Shown here in pieces: positions 16,337 through 29,800 of a DNA stretch of 64,000 nucleotides (its first letter is position 1; the number at the start of each line of letters is the position of its first letter). The notes under the pieces are model-generated. The model saw nothing but the letters and a program-made list of their open reading frames with translations. It was not told the DNA's origin and did no database searches. Source of the DNA: Macrostomum lignano (taxonomy: Eukaryota); assembly GCA_002269645.1 (NCBI GenBank), contig NIVC01000767.1:124001-188000 (forward strand), read 5' to 3'. The position numbers and the translations under genes are program-made.

Positions 16337-16451
16337 ATACTGTCAGGCAGGTGCGCGGGCCGCTCCGAATGCCGGCTGTCCTCAGACCCTCAGGGCCTCC
16401 CCTGCCACGGCCTGCAGCCCTTCCTGTCACTCACGTACGTCTGTCAACCTG
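16337..16451 (+). CDS. EVA1C-like exon: second half of SUEL domain 1
   Basis: gcccag|ATA...CCTG|gtaagt encodes ILSGRCAGRSECRLSSDPQGLPCHGLQPFLSLTYVCQP, completing the 8-Cys SUEL pattern (C.G...C...PC....L...Y.C). Phase 0 to 1 matches its neighbours. Confidence 0.85.
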
Positions 16452-17157
16452 GTAAGTCCGGGAGAGCTGCACAAGCCAGGCGGATACGAGGGGAAGAGAA
16501 TAAGGGAATTGTTTGTTTTTTATCGCGTCCGGGAAGAATTACTTCCCCAGCCTCCCCATCTTCGTCATCATCTTATAGTTTTTCCCCTCTTCAGCGAACC
16601 CTTCGAAGAGCAAAAATGAGGGGAGTGAAAAAATATTGACGCCGCATTTCTCTACTCCCACTGAAGCTGGCTGCCGCGCTGGCTTCTGAGACGCAGCAAG
16701 ACTAACCCGCCAACCCCTCCATTCTCTCGATTCCTCCCCTTAGCCTTGAACTGCTTCTTTGGCCCTCCATCTAGAAGGCGTGTGCTATTCAGAGAATTTC
16801 AGGCTCTCCCAGTCACAGTAGCCAACTCAAACCACAATGCAGACCCTCCAGCGCATGATTCTCTTGAGCAGACAATTCCAGGCAAGAAGATCTCAGACGA
16901 TGAGAGAAAGAGAGAGAAATGTGTCGCGTGAATTCAATTGGCGCCTACTCTGGGTTGCGCCCCGCCCCATTTGGAGTTTCTGCTTTCAGCGAGCGAAACG
17001 CGCGCGTGTCTGTCTCTCTGTAAAAAAGCGCAGAGTTTGCTAGGCTGGGCGCATTTCCAACCCACCCAGCCTCCTTATTCTCCATCCGACTTGGAGCCGC
17101 TTAAGGGAGGGATTGTCGGAGCTTTGAAAGATTAAATGCACCCAGCCTGAATAGACT

Positions 17158-17555
17158 GTGGGTGTCAGGGTGTCAGGAATTCAGCGTGTCAGAGTGTCTG
17201 GTTGTCAGGGTGTCTGGTTTTCAGGGTGTCAGGGTGTCAGGGTGTCAGGGTGTCAGGGTGTCAAGGTGTCAGAGTGTCTGGTTGTCAGGGTGTCAGGGTG
17301 TCAGGGTGTCAGGGTGTCAGGGTATCAGGGTGTCAGGGTGTCAGGGTGTCAGGGTGTCAGGGTGTCAGGGTGTCAGGGTGTCTAGGTATCTGGGTGTCAG
17401 GGTGTCAGGGTGTCAGGGTGTCAGGGTGTCAGGGTGTCAGGGTGTCTGGTTGTCAATTTGTCAGGGTGTCTGGTTGTCAATTTGTCAATTTGTCAGGGTG
17501 TCTGGTTGTCGGGGTGTCTGGTTGTCAGGGTGTCAGGTTGTCAGTGTGTCAGGGT
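17158..17555. repeat. (GGGTGTCA)n
   Basis: 8-bp array. Confidence 0.95.
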
Positions 17556-18134
17556 GGCACAGCACTGAATTCTGAGAAGGGGGCGCTCCGTGGGGTCAGG
17601 ATGGAGCATTCAGGGCCTCATCGCCAGCAACCTTGCTGCAAGACAGGATTAGAGCTGCACAGCAGAGCTGACGCAAAGAAGCAGAGCCGGGTAAATACTT
17701 CACTGTAGCAAAAGACTGAAAGAAAGAAATCAGGAAATTGTTATCGTTAAAAGAGACGACCGGAAGTGGAGACGGAACGCTAGCAAAAGAGGGAGATTTC
17801 GGGGAGCAGTTAGATTCGCTACAGTAATTGAAAGAGGCGATCCGCCCGAGGGCTCTGACGAAGAAGTGCAGGCGTAAACGCGGCTTGTTTTCTCCACTCT
17901 CAAGGTAAATAGACTCGGATGTCTGCTTTAAGCATCTTTTTTCAGATACGAACTTTTAAAATCGCATAAATAGCAAATTTTCCTAATTGGAATTTCTAAG
18001 TGCCTAGTATGGTTAATTAAATTGTGTGAATTCAATCTTGTCATCCATCTGTTGAGCTCTGTTCTAACTTACTGTCTGGCTGTCGGGCCTTAATGCACAT
18101 TCTATCTCATGGGAGCTCATATTGAGATAGAATG

Positions 18135-20045
18135 GCTCAATAGCTACTCAATAGCTACTCAATAGCTACTCAATGGCTACTCAATAGCTACTCAATAGCT
18201 ACTCAATAGCTACTCAATGGCTACTCAATAGCTACTCAATAGCTACTCAATAGCTACTCAATAGCTACTCAATAGCTACTCAATAGCTACTCAATAGCTA
18301 CTCAATGGCTACTCAATAGCTACTCAATAGCTACTCAATAGCTACTCGATAGCTACTCAATAGCTACTCAATAGCTACTCAATAGCTACTCAATGGCTAC
18401 TCAATAGCTACTCAATAGCTACTCGATAGCTACTCAATAGCTACTCAATAGCTACTCAATGGCTACTCAATAGCTACTCAATGGATACTCAATAGCTACT
18501 CAATAGCTACTCAATGGCTACTCAATGGCTACTCAATAGCTACTCAATAGCTACTCAATAGCTACTCAATAGCTACTCAATAGCTACTAAATAGCTACTC
18601 AATGGCTACTCAATGGCTACTCAATAGCTACTCAATAGCTACTCAATAGCTACTCAATAGCTACTCAATAGCTACTCAATAGCTACTCAATAGCTACTCA
18701 ATAGCTACTCAATAGCTACTCAATAGCTACTCAATAGCTACTCAATAGCTACTCAATAGCTACTCAATAGCTACTCAATAGCTACTCAATAGCTACTCAA
18801 TAGCTACTCAATAGCTACTCAATAGCTACTCAATAGCTACTCAATAGCTACTCAAAAGCTACTCAATAGCTACTCAATGGCTACTCAATGGCTACTCAAT
18901 AGCTACTCAATAGCTACTCAATGGCTACTCAATAGCTACTCAATAGCTACTCAATAGCTACTCAATGGCTACTCAATGGCTACTCAATAGCTACTCAATA
19001 GCTACTCAATAGCTACTCAATAGCTACTCAATAGCTACTCAATAGCTACTCAATGGCTACTCAATAGCTACTCAATAGCTACTCAATAGCTACTCGATAG
19101 CTACTCAATAGCTACTCAATAGCTACTCAATAGCTACTCAATGGCTACTCAATAGCTACTCAATAGCTACTCGATAGCTACTCAATAGCTACTCAATAGC
19201 TACTCAATGGCTACTCAATAGCTACTCAATGGATACTCAATAGCTACTCAATAGCTACTCAATGGCTACTCAATGGCTACTCAATAGCTACTCAATAGCT
19301 ACTCAATGGATACTCAATAGCTACTCAATAGCTACTCAATGGCTACTCAATAGCTACTCAATAGCTACTCAATAGCTACTCAATAGCTACTCAATAGCTA
19401 CTCAATAGCTACTCAATAGCTACTCAATAGCTACTCAATAGCTACTCAATAGCTACTCAATAGCTACTCAATAGCTACTCAATGGCTACTCAATGGCTAC
19501 TCAATAGCTACTCAATAGCTACTCAATAGCTACTCAATAGCTACTCAATAGCTACTAGATAGCTACTCAATGGCTACTCAATGGCTACTCAATAGCTACT
19601 CAATAGCTACTCAATAGCTACTCAATAGCTACTCAATAGCTACTCAATAGCTACTCAATGGCTACTCAATAGCTACTCAATAGCTACTCAATGGCTACTC
19701 AATAGCTACTCAATAGCTACTCAATGGCTACTCAATAGCTACTCAATAGCTACTCAATAGCTACTCAATAGCTACTCAATAGCTACTCAATGGCTACTCA
19801 ATGGATACTCAATGACTACTCAATAGCTACTCAATAGCTACTCAATGACTACTCAATAGCTACTCAATAGCTACTCAATAGCTACTCAATAGCTACTCAA
19901 TAGCTACTCAATAGCTACTCAATGGATACTCAATAGCTACTCAATAGGTACTCAATTGCTACTCAATGGCTACTCAATAGCTACTCAATAGCTACTCAAT
20001 AGCTACTCAATGGCTACTCAATAGCTACTCAATAGCTACCCAATG
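18135..20045. repeat. (TCAATAGCTAC)n, 1.9 kb
   Basis: 11-bp array ending ~35 bp before the SUEL2 acceptor. Confidence 0.98.
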
Positions 20046-20079
20046 GCCATTGCTCAGACTCAATCCCCGCCGACTCCAG

Positions 20080-20373
20080 CTCTGCAGTCTCTGCTGCTGT
20101 GCTCAGGCAACCAGCGCACCATCCGGTGCCCGGCAGGCCACAGAGTCGTCGTAGCGCACGCCAGACTCACTCGGAAATATCAGCTGAACGGCGGCGAGGC
20201 GACCTGCCCGGACCTGGTGAGCAGCACTCAGCTCACCAACTGCCGAGACGAAGAGTTCACCAACCCGATGCGGGCGATCTGCGCCAAGGAGGAGGACAGA
20301 TGCGGCCTCAGCGCCACCTTCCCGGCTAAGCCCGGCTGCGCCCCCGGTCACATGTTCCTTGTGTACGCCTGCG
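20080..20373 (+). CDS. EVA1C-like exon: SUEL-like domain 2
   Basis: ctccag|CT...TGCG|gtgagt, 294 nt, phase 1 to 1. LLLCSGNQRTIRCPAG...TCP...NCR...ICA...RCG...GCA...VYAC has 8 Cys and the same LLLCSG start as domain 1. Confidence 0.8.
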
Positions 20374-20570
20374 GTGAGTACAGTATGAGTACAGTATGAG
20401 TACAGTACGAGTACAGTATGAGTACAGTATGAGTACAGTATGAGTACAGTATGAGTACAGTATAAGTACATTATGAGTACAATATGAGTACAGTATGAGT
20501 ACAGTATGAGTACATTATGAGTACAGTATGAGTACAGTATGAGTACAGTATGAGTACAGTATGAGTACAG
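20374..20570. repeat. (GAGTACAGTAT)n starting at a splice donor
   Basis: The array begins within gtgagt of the SUEL2 donor. Confidence 0.95.
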
Positions 20571-20858
20571 TCAAACTTTTATACCTTGTTTAACTTTTGA
20601 GCTAGCAGAAGTGACTGTCAAGACTTTCGACAATGTGAAGTTTCAAGCTTGTAAAATGCCCCCAACTGATCGCCTATTCGATGGCTCAATGCTCCATCCG
20701 TGAGAAATAGCTCAGAACAAGATATGCATGTGCAGAGAATGATCGATAGATGCAAAAAAGTCAGGAATTACGGTTGTGACTAAGCTAAAAAATTATTGAA
20801 CCTTTGACCGAGGCCCGTCAAACGCCACTGCAAAACAGATTTTCACCCTCAACTCCAG

Positions 20859-21023
20859 TTTCCAAATCCCTCTATGAGCCCCGGCCGGCCAGAATTGTGC
20901 GCCCGGACGACTCGAACCGGCCGGACAGGGGCGGCCCGGCTCGACCCTGGCAGGACTCGACTGGGGGCAACAGGGACTTGCAGATCGTCAACGACCAGTG
21001 GCGACCGGCCAAGCAGTCCAACG
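20859..21023 (+). CDS. EVA1C-like exon: low-complexity stalk
   Basis: aactccag|TT...AACG|gtaacg, 165 nt, open, phase 1 to 1 (VSKSLYEPRPARIVRPDDS...KQSN). Confidence 0.6.
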
Positions 21024-21209
21024 GTAACGGCCTGGCTGGTCTCAATTTTCTACTTGTACAATTAACACCTGAAAATCAAGGAGAATCCACGAAACCAATC
21101 AGTTTCGAGGGAACTAATTGATATTCCTAGAAATCATGAAGATTCTACGCCAGTGAAAGTTTGCAGGAAATCGAAAAGATTTAAAGCAAATCATAGATTC
21201 AAAAAATAT

Positions 21210-21514
21210 AATAACAATAATTGATTACACCTGCCCTAATGGCCAGATGTGCAACCGACAGCTCAGCCGCAGCTATTGCGCGGCGCATCTGAAGGCTGCG
21301 TGCGGCTGTTCAGTCCAAGGACTGGGTGGTCGTCACACCCTCAATTACCCCAGCTAATGCTGGCACCCATTTTACAGCTGGGTGAACTGAAGCAATGCAG
21401 AGTTAAGTGTCTTCTCAAGGACAAAAATTGTTTTAGTGGGATCGGGAATCGACCCCTGACCTTCAAGTCGTCGTCGTGAGTGCGACGCTCTGACCACTAG
21501 GCTACAACCCCTCC
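21210..21514 (-). mobile_element. Same SINE family, copy B
   Basis: Reverse complement aligns end to end with 47844-48151. Flanked by a ~25-bp near-perfect direct repeat aaaagattt(a/t)aagcaaatcatagat. Confidence 0.9.
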
Positions 21515-21574
21515 AAAAAGATTTTAAGCAAATCATAGATCAGGACTAGTAGTATTTATTAGTAGTCCCTGTCA

Positions 21575-21945
21575 TAGATTCCAGGAAATCACTGTGATCC
21601 AAATAAATTAGAAAGTTTTTTTATAGAAAATCGAGGATATTCCAGGAAAGTCGATGAAGTTCTAGGAAATCAAGTGAATTCCAGGAAAGCCGACGAGATT
21701 CCAGGAAATCAGTGCGATTAATTAAATGCCCTATAGATTCTGGAAAAATTTGAAAAAATCTAAGAAATCCAGAAGGACTTTAATAGTTTTAATACGATTC
21801 CAACAAAAATGAAGAATATTACGAGCGTATTTTCGAAATCGTCAAATAAGACGCCCGTAAAAACGTGTAAAATTCCAGGAAATCGATTATGATCCAGTGA
21901 AATTCCAGGAAATCGATTATGATCCAGTGAAATTCCAGGAAAAAT
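21575..21945. repeat. Degenerate attccaggaaatc repeats
   Basis: About 9 imperfect copies. Confidence 0.7.
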
Positions 21946-21968
21946 CAATGAGACAGCAAAAATTGCAG

Positions 21969-22073
21969 GACAATCGGAAGCGGACGGGTCCCATGGCAAC
22001 CAAGCGGAGAGCAGCGGCAGTGGCGGCACGAGAAGTCGGGGCCGAGCTAACTCAGACCAGGAAGCTGATGAGA
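21969..22073 (+). CDS. EVA1C-like exon: Ser/Gly-rich stalk
   Basis: aattgcag|GA...GAGA|gtgagt, 105 nt, open, phase 1 to 1 (GQSEADGSHGNQAESSGSGGTRSRGRANSDQEADE). Confidence 0.6.
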
Positions 22074-22683
22074 GTGAGTCCAGCAGTTGTTATTAAACTT
22101 CTAATCCTCGACATCGACACACAGCATAAGAAACAATTTAGCTTTTATTTCTCAGGTATTAGACGGAATTCTCGTGCGAAAATATTGGTACGGGGAAATC
22201 GTTTGTAAGAATCAAAAACAATTAATTTTATTGCCGGCTGGATCTTTAATTGGTGGTTTCGCTGATAAACAATTAATTGGATAATTGGATAATTGGATAG
22301 ACAGCTGGTTCAAGCGGCTAAAATACAATCATAATATTATTAAAATCAGCAGGTCCCCTAAATATTTTTCCAGCGTAAGATAGAGAACAAAGATAAAAAA
22401 TAGTATTGCGAGTCATTGCATTGGATAATTTCACCCCGAAGCACAATGCCAATTAGTTTTGGCCATGATTATCTCCCGCGTTTATTACCTATCTAACAAC
22501 AATGGCCACAAGCGTGGAATAATGAATAGGATTGATAAGTTTGCTGACCAATTCTCACCTTGCTGGTGATAAATAATCTCGCGGCAGAGGTGCCAGAAGA
22601 GGTTAAGGGAATGGGTCCTCCTACTTTTGCGTATATACAACGTTCAAACAGTTTTCTTTATATTCCTAGAAACCGTTCCGGCA

Positions 22684-22718
<35 letters not shown>

Positions 22719-23389
22719 GAAAGTCCATTTAAGCCTAATTTTTTGTACTTGTTATGTTCAGAACTATTAGCATACACAAATGAGGCTGATTTTACTGTAG
22801 ACCGCGAATGTCTGGGTGTTTGTGTGTGGCATTTAAGGCGGTCAGGAGGAGGGGCAGCGGAGCCGCAGCTTCCAATTCAAAACAGGTGCACCTTGGCAGA
22901 TTGGGGGCGGCAAACTGCCGCGGTTGTGTTTGGACCTTTCGGCTCTCGACCCCTCCCGGCCAGACTGACAAGGCAGTTTTTTATATAACTGGCCTGCTGT
23001 TGAACTGGCGAGAGGCTGCGAATTGGGAGAGGCAGGGGGGAAATGCAAAGCAAATGACTGGCTGACTGACGGGCTGCGCGGCCATCCATCGGGCGAAGCA
23101 CTTCGCTAGTAGCGGGGGGGAGGCTCCATGCACTTTGTCGGATAGACGCGCGAACAGACGTTATAGATTCATTCTCGCTTCATTAATCTTGGTCACATCT
23201 GTAACTGGGACCGGGATTGTCCTTCGACTATGGGATTGGGAGTGTAGTACGTGCTACTATGGCGAGGAATTCGGATTTATTCCTTGGTTCGAATCTGTAA
23301 CTGGAACTGGCACCGGGAGTCCTGGGACTAGATTTAGAGCTGCGACCGGGACTTGGAATGGGACTTGGCTGTTACCGAAACTTGTCCTG

Positions 23390-23915
23390 GGACGTGAGAC
23401 TATGACCGGGACTTGGACTTGGACTGGAGCTTGTGCTGTTACCAGGACTTGGACTGAGACTATAACCGTGACTTGGACTGAGACTAGGACTATGACCGGG
23501 ACTTGGACCGAGACGATGACTGGGACTTGGACTGGGACTATAACCGGGACTTGGACTGAGACTATGACCGGGACTTGGACTGGGACTATGACCGGGACTT
23601 GGACTGGGACTATGACCGGGACTTGGACTGGGACTATGACCGGGGACTTAAACTTGGACTATGACCGGGACTTGGACTGAGACAATGACCAGGACTTGGA
23701 CTGGGACTATGACCGGGACTTGGACTGAGACTACGACCGGGACTTGGACCGAGACGATGACTGGGACTTGGACTGAGACTATGACCGGGACTTGGACTGG
23801 GACTATGACCGGGGAACTAAACTTGGACTATGACCGGGACTTGGACTAAGACAATGACCGGGACTTGGACTGAGACCGAAGCTTGGGCTGTTACCGGGAC
23901 TTGGACTTGGACTAA
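23390..23915. repeat. 24-bp repeat built from hexamers
   Basis: Unit actatgaccgggacttggactg(a/g)g. Confidence 0.9.
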
Positions 23916-26049
23916 AAACTTTAGCTTTAAAAACGGATTGGACAGGGACCTCTTCAGTTTCTCTCTCTCACTTTTACCTAAAATTGCGGGCGGACACGCG
24001 GAAACGTGGCATTTTCATTAGGACATTCCGCACCCCCAGATCTATCAATAATAGCAATAGCTGAGTCTGTGCGCACCGCTGGAATGCGAACGGCGTGGCG
24101 TGGCTGGCCAGTCGGAGGGCTGGGGGACCAATAAATAAATTTGGGGAGGAAAATTTGGGATGCCGTGTTGTTTTGACTGGGGGAGGGGGGTAATTTTTAG
24201 CAAGGACAACAGGAAGCCAGTCAGTCATTATATGCACAGTTCCAGTCGGGTTGAATCAAACGAACCGGCGAAGACCTAAAGATGCACTCTTAACTTCGCT
24301 GTTGATAGCTAGATAGACAGATTTTCAAATCTGCCTTTGTTCGACTTTTGCAACCAGTCATTCTTATTTACGTACATGTATTTGCAGAATTGTTTAGCTG
24401 GATATTTTCTGCACGATAATTCCCGGATCATTTTGTGCATGCCTTCTTAGGGCTCTGGTTTCTCTGGTAATCAGTGGTGACTTTCAGTGCATTGTGTCGA
24501 AACAACTCTCATTTCAAGGGTCTTTGTAATCCAGATCTCCGAAAAATGTAAATGTCCAGTCGTAGTTGTCCTTGGCTTCCTTCATTTTGCCTTCAAGATG
24601 ATCTTTCGCAGGCTTAAGATACAGTCAAACTGTACGGATCTTGCAGTAAAGAGCTGGGAGAGTGAGCCAGGAAAGTGGGGCGAGTTGGTGCGCGGGGCCT
24701 GGCCGGACTCATTAGGGACAATTTAGAGTCAGTTTAGACCGCGCCAAACTCTCAGGACTTCTTGCCGTCGCCCAACTCGTAGCTTCTCTACTCTGCTCTC
24801 TAATTCTAGCCTCTAGTCTCTATCCAGCTTCAGATAGACCACTATGGGAGAAGGCTGAAAGGCGTTTGATCCGATTCGGCAGCGCGTCGAAATTCATTGG
24901 CGGCCTAATTTGCTGATGAGGCGGCTTGAAGAGGCTTGGCTAAGCTCAATTTCTTTCTACTTTCTGCTTTCTAAGGTGGCTGCAGGTTTTGTTTTCAAGA
25001 TCTCGCGAATTGTACAAACTTCGTTGGATCCCATGCACTTTATGGACTTCTGAATTGCAAATGAAGCGCGTATGCGTTTTGTCCGATGAGCGCTCGGTCA
25101 CAATCTTATCAAGATACTCGTACGAGCGTATTTCCATGAAATGCAAGTAATTAAAGCCTATAAGTGCAGAGTACTCTCGAATGAATTCGTCTATGGCCAA
25201 AAGCCATGGAGCAAACAATTCAGCCAAAAAACGAGGTCATTCTATAGTCTATGGCCAAAGCACCTCAGGGCCAAAGATTGCCAGTCACTGCTACTTTTCT
25301 ATGGCGTATCCTTAAAACAATATAATTCTTAGCGATTAGTACTTTTATTATCCATGTCCCTGACTTCGCTTGCTCTGCATCGCACAATAAACAATTGGAG
25401 TCACAGTGATTGACTTGTACCGCAACTGGACTACTCGTATAATTTACTGGGTTCTTTTTTTAGAAACATCATATGCTTCTTTTATGCGTGAATAGAAAAT
25501 TACGAATACCAACATACAGTACCAACTCGATCCCCTCCTTGTCTCTCTCTCTCTCTCTATCTGTCTTATTCCATCAACTTAATACCCCTGGATATTGTGC
25601 AATCCATCCAGCCAGCTCCCCCGGCAACCGGAGCCAGATAGCCACCTGGCAGCCAGGAGTCTGACAGAAGATCTGGGGAGCGAGCCGGGTATTGGGAACT
25701 GGCCAGACTGGCTTTTGCCTCGGCTCTTTTCCTGCGCACCTGGGAAATCTGAGGGAATACAAATTACTGCATTGAGGATTCTTAATTCTGGCAGAAAAAA
25801 CAGAGGGATAAATTGGATCCTTAAGCCAACAGCTCGGGGATGGAGCAGCAGTTGGGAGCAATTAATAACCAAGCTGGCGGTGCAATAAATTCTGGGATAT
25901 ACTGTGGACATCTTGAAGAACGTTGTTTTTTCAAACTTCTGAAACCTTCCTGACAGATTAGATAGCGAGCTGCTGCTGGTATGACTAAACCGGGAACTTA
26001 ATTGCGTATTGGTACTGATAAATCAGATAGCAGTAGCCTCACCATGCCG

Positions 26050-26643
26050 ACCAATCAGAGTTCAGTAAGTAGCTTTAAGCATACCGACCAATCAGAGATC
26101 AGTAAGTAGCCTTAAGCATACCGACCAATCAGAGATCAGTAAGTAAGCCTTAAGCATACCGACCAATCAGAGATCAGTAAGTAGCCTTAAGCATACCGAC
26201 CAATCAGAGATCAGTAAGTAGCCTTAAGCATACCGACCGATCAGAGATCAGTAAGTAGCTTTAAGCATACCGACCAATCAGAGATCAGTAAGTAGCCTTA
26301 AGCATACCGACCAATCAGAGATCAGTAAGTAAGCCTTAAGCATACCGACCAATCAGAGATCAGTAAGTAGCCTTAAGCATACCGTTCAATCAGAGATCAG
26401 TAAGTAGCCTTAAGCATACCGACCGATCAGAGATCAGTAAGTAGCTTTAAGCATACCGACCAATCAGAGATCAGTAAGTAGCCTTAAGCATACCGACCAA
26501 TCAGAGATCAGTAAGTAAGCCTTAAGCATACCGACCAATCAGAGATCAGTAAGTAGCCTTAAGCATACCGTTCAATCAGAGATCAGTAAGTAGCCTTAAG
26601 CATACCGACCGATCAGAGATCAGTAAGTAGCTTTAAGCATACC
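26050..26643. repeat. 37/38-bp CCAAT-containing satellite, left of the LTR element
   Basis: Unit ccaatcagagatcagtaagtagccttaagcataccga, ~16 copies. Confidence 0.97.
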
Positions 26644-26880
26644 TGCTGCGGGCTGGCTTCTGCCCGAGCAGATTGAACTTTAATTTGTAATTGCCATAGA
26701 CAAGTTTATTTGCCTGTACTGCGATTAGTTGGCGCAAGTGTCAAAGAGCCTTCGTGACAAAAAATAGAAATACATAAGTATTCAAGAAGACTCTGATAAG
26801 AGCAACGGCTGCAAGAGCCGAGAGTGCACGGCACACAACTTGCGTAAATATAACGCAATACAAAAGACAGACTTGTAACA
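26644..26880 (+). repeat. 5' LTR
   Basis: tgctgcgggctgg...gacttgtaaca, repeated at 30755-30991. Confidence 0.97.
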
Positions 26881-26881
26881 G

Positions 26882-26899
26882 TGGCGTCGCAAGCAGGAT
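26882..26899 (+). other. Primer-binding site, probably tRNA-Ser
   Basis: tggcgtcgcaagcaggat starts 1 nt after the LTR and is complementary to a tRNA 3' end (...atcctgcttgcgacgCCA). The pattern resembles Ser tRNAs; exact tRNA not verified. It overlaps the gag ATG. Confidence 0.7.
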
Positions 26900-29800
26900 G
26901 AAGAGCGGTGTGAAACAACCGTCGGCTACTGACAAGTCTCCTGCTTCGCCGCTCAAACACGCCAAAATGGTGGTGATGGCGGATGCTGAAGCACAAAGTC
27001 AGCCAATAAAAGGCTCGGATGGACCAGCGCGTGCGGTAGCTGGAGCTATGGAAATCGAGCGCCTGGAGTTAGGAAACAACTACTCCCGGTGGCTGGACAG
27101 ATTTACAATCGTCGCGAAGTTCTACAGATGGGACTCGACGGCGAAGGCTCAGATGCTTCTGATGCGTCTCTCGACAGCATTGTACGACACGCTCGCAGAT
27201 CAAGCTTCTCCGAAGAAACCAAGTGAGTTGTCTTACTCGGAGATAGAAACAGCTCTGACAAGCATCCTGGTCCCAGCTACGTTTGTTCTGGCGGAAAGAT
27301 ACTCTTTCCAGCTGTGCTCTCGAAAGTCAGGGGAAAGCGTTCGCACATATGCGGAGCGAGTCCTCAAGGCTGCGGAGAAGTGCGAATTTATAAACAAGGG
27401 CGAGCGTCTGAGAGACCAATTTATTTGCGGAGTGGCTGACCAAAACGTCATCGGCAAGCTGCTGGTCAGGGACCATCTGAGGCTCAGCTTCAAGGAAGCA
27501 GTTGCTGAGGCTGAAGCACATTCAGCATTAGTCTCAACGGACATCATGAAGAGTGCCCCGAAATCTGAAAATTCTGGGATAATGAGCATTGGAATGTTAA
27601 AATCGTCATCAAAACCGCGGATCAAGGGAGTGAATCGACAACAGTCACAGACTCAAAGCTCATCAAAATGCTCGCGCTGTGCAACAAGCCACGGAAAAGA
27701 CGCGTGTCCAGCTTATGGAAAGACATGTCGTAAGTGTGGGAAGCAGAACCATTTTCAGAAAATGTGCCGCTCAAAGTTTGTTGTCCCGAACCAGAAAAAC
27801 ACAGCTGCAGTTCAGCACTTAGACGAGCACTCGCAGTCAGATCATGTCTTCATGGTTGGTGCAACTTCAAGGCAACCTTTGTCTACGGATGCAGTCACAG
27901 TGACCCTTGACTTCATATCATCAAGTGATAAGGTATCAATTCCGTGCCAGGTGGATACTGGGGCAGCAGTTTCAGTTATGTCTGACCGGGTCTGGAAGCA
28001 AATCGGCACCCCTGAACTGCAGCCTAGCAGCATCACTTTGACAGGATATACCGACGCGCATCAATTCAAAATGTTGGGCCATTTCATCAGCAAAGTGAGT
28101 TACCAAGGAAAAGTGCACCGAATACCATTCAAAGTGGTTCGTTCTGATCGATCGTTTGCTCTACTCGGCAGGGACATTTTGACCATAGAAATAGATTTCA
28201 GCAAGGCTGATGGAAGCGAAGCGACTAGAGTATTCAGAGCGAGACTAGAATTGATTCCGGATGCTCAGCCAAAGTACATCAAGGCACGGTCGATCCCTTT
28301 TGCCTATAAAGATCGACTGAAAGATGAGATTGACAAGTTGCTAGCTGAGGGAATCATTGAGCCAGTGACTTTTTCTCAATGGGCCTCACCAATTGTCATC
28401 GTTCCTAAGGCTGATGGTAGGCTGAGACTCTGTGTGGACTACAAGCAAACATTGAATCCACAGCTCATGAAGGACAGTCATCCAACACCGACCCCGGAAG
28501 AAGCTTTCAGTACAGTAGCAGGATGCCGAATGTACACCATCTTGGACTTAAAAGCAGCGTACAACCAGGTGGAATTGGAGGAGGACTCAAAGCCTCTCAC
28601 GGTCATGTCTACACCTTTCGGCAACTACCAGTACAACCGTCTGGTGTTTGGGATACGGACTGCTCCGAGTATTTTCCAGCGCTACATCAGTCAGGTCATA
28701 CGGGATGTTGATGGTGCAATTGCCTACGTCGATGACATTTTAATTGGTGGTGAGTCAGAGAAGCAGCTTAAGGATCGTGAGAGTCAAGTGCGAGAGCGTC
28801 TGGAACAACATGGCCTCAAGGTCAACGAAGAGAAATGCCAGATTTGTCAGTCTCGGGTTCGCTTTCTCGGGTTTATCCTGGACAATGGCATGATCCTGCC
28901 CGACCCGGAGAAAGTGAGAGCCCTGCAAGAAATGGAGACTCCCAAGACGATGGCAGAACTAGAATCGCTCATCGGACTCGTCAGGTTCAGTGGCCGGTTT
29001 GTGCCCAATCTGTCGCACTACCTGGAGCCGTTGACTCGATTAATGCGCGGCAGAAGAGAATTCCAATGGGATTCTGAGCAAGATGAAGCTTTTCAGCGTA
29101 TCAAGTCCATGCTGACAGAAGATTCAGCTCTGGCTAATTACGACCCCAAGAAACCTGTGGCTCTGGAGTGTGATGCTTCCCAAAAAGGACTGGGCGGAGT
29201 TCTGATTCAAGACAACAAACCGGTTTTGTACATCAGCAAGAGGTTATCAGAAGCCGAGAAGAAGTATTCTCAGATCGAAAGGGAGGCCCTTGCAATTGTC
29301 TGGTCAACTCAGAGGTGTCAGCGGTTCTTAGCGGGACGTCATTTCAAGCTGATCACGGATCACAGACCATTAACCTACATCTTTGGGCCGAACGAGGGCT
29401 TGCCTACGCGCGTATCAGCACGCCTTCAAAGATGGGCCATATCGCTAATGGCTTTTGACTACACCATCGAGTATCAACGGTCGCAGCTTATGAAATCAGA
29501 CGCTCTGTCCCGGTTGCTTAACAACGAGACGGCTCGGACGTATACAATCGGGAGCATCCAACTACCCTCAACGATCATATCCATTCAAGAGGTTAGAGAC
29601 CAATCACAGGATTGCCCAGAGATCGTTCTGTTAAAAAAAGCCATCCGGACGAGCAACTTTAACGATCCGAGAATCCGCCCCTACAAGGCAGTCGCGGACG
29701 AACTGACGATCGAGTCGGACGTGGTACTCCGGGAGATGCGAGTCATTCTTCCAAAGACGTTGCGGTTATCGGCAGTCCAAACGGCACACAGCACACATCT

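Noticed and set aside
23135-23915. TWTG-repeat ORF on +, or SR-like protein on -
   Set aside because: Non-ATG start. Minus frames carry periodic TAG stops or frameshifts. Best explained as a hexamer-derived 24-bp repeat.
24647-24661. 15-nt phase-compatible micro-exon (ttgcag|...|gtgagc) of the lectin gene
   Set aside because: Weak pyrimidine tract and no independent support; such short matches occur by chance.
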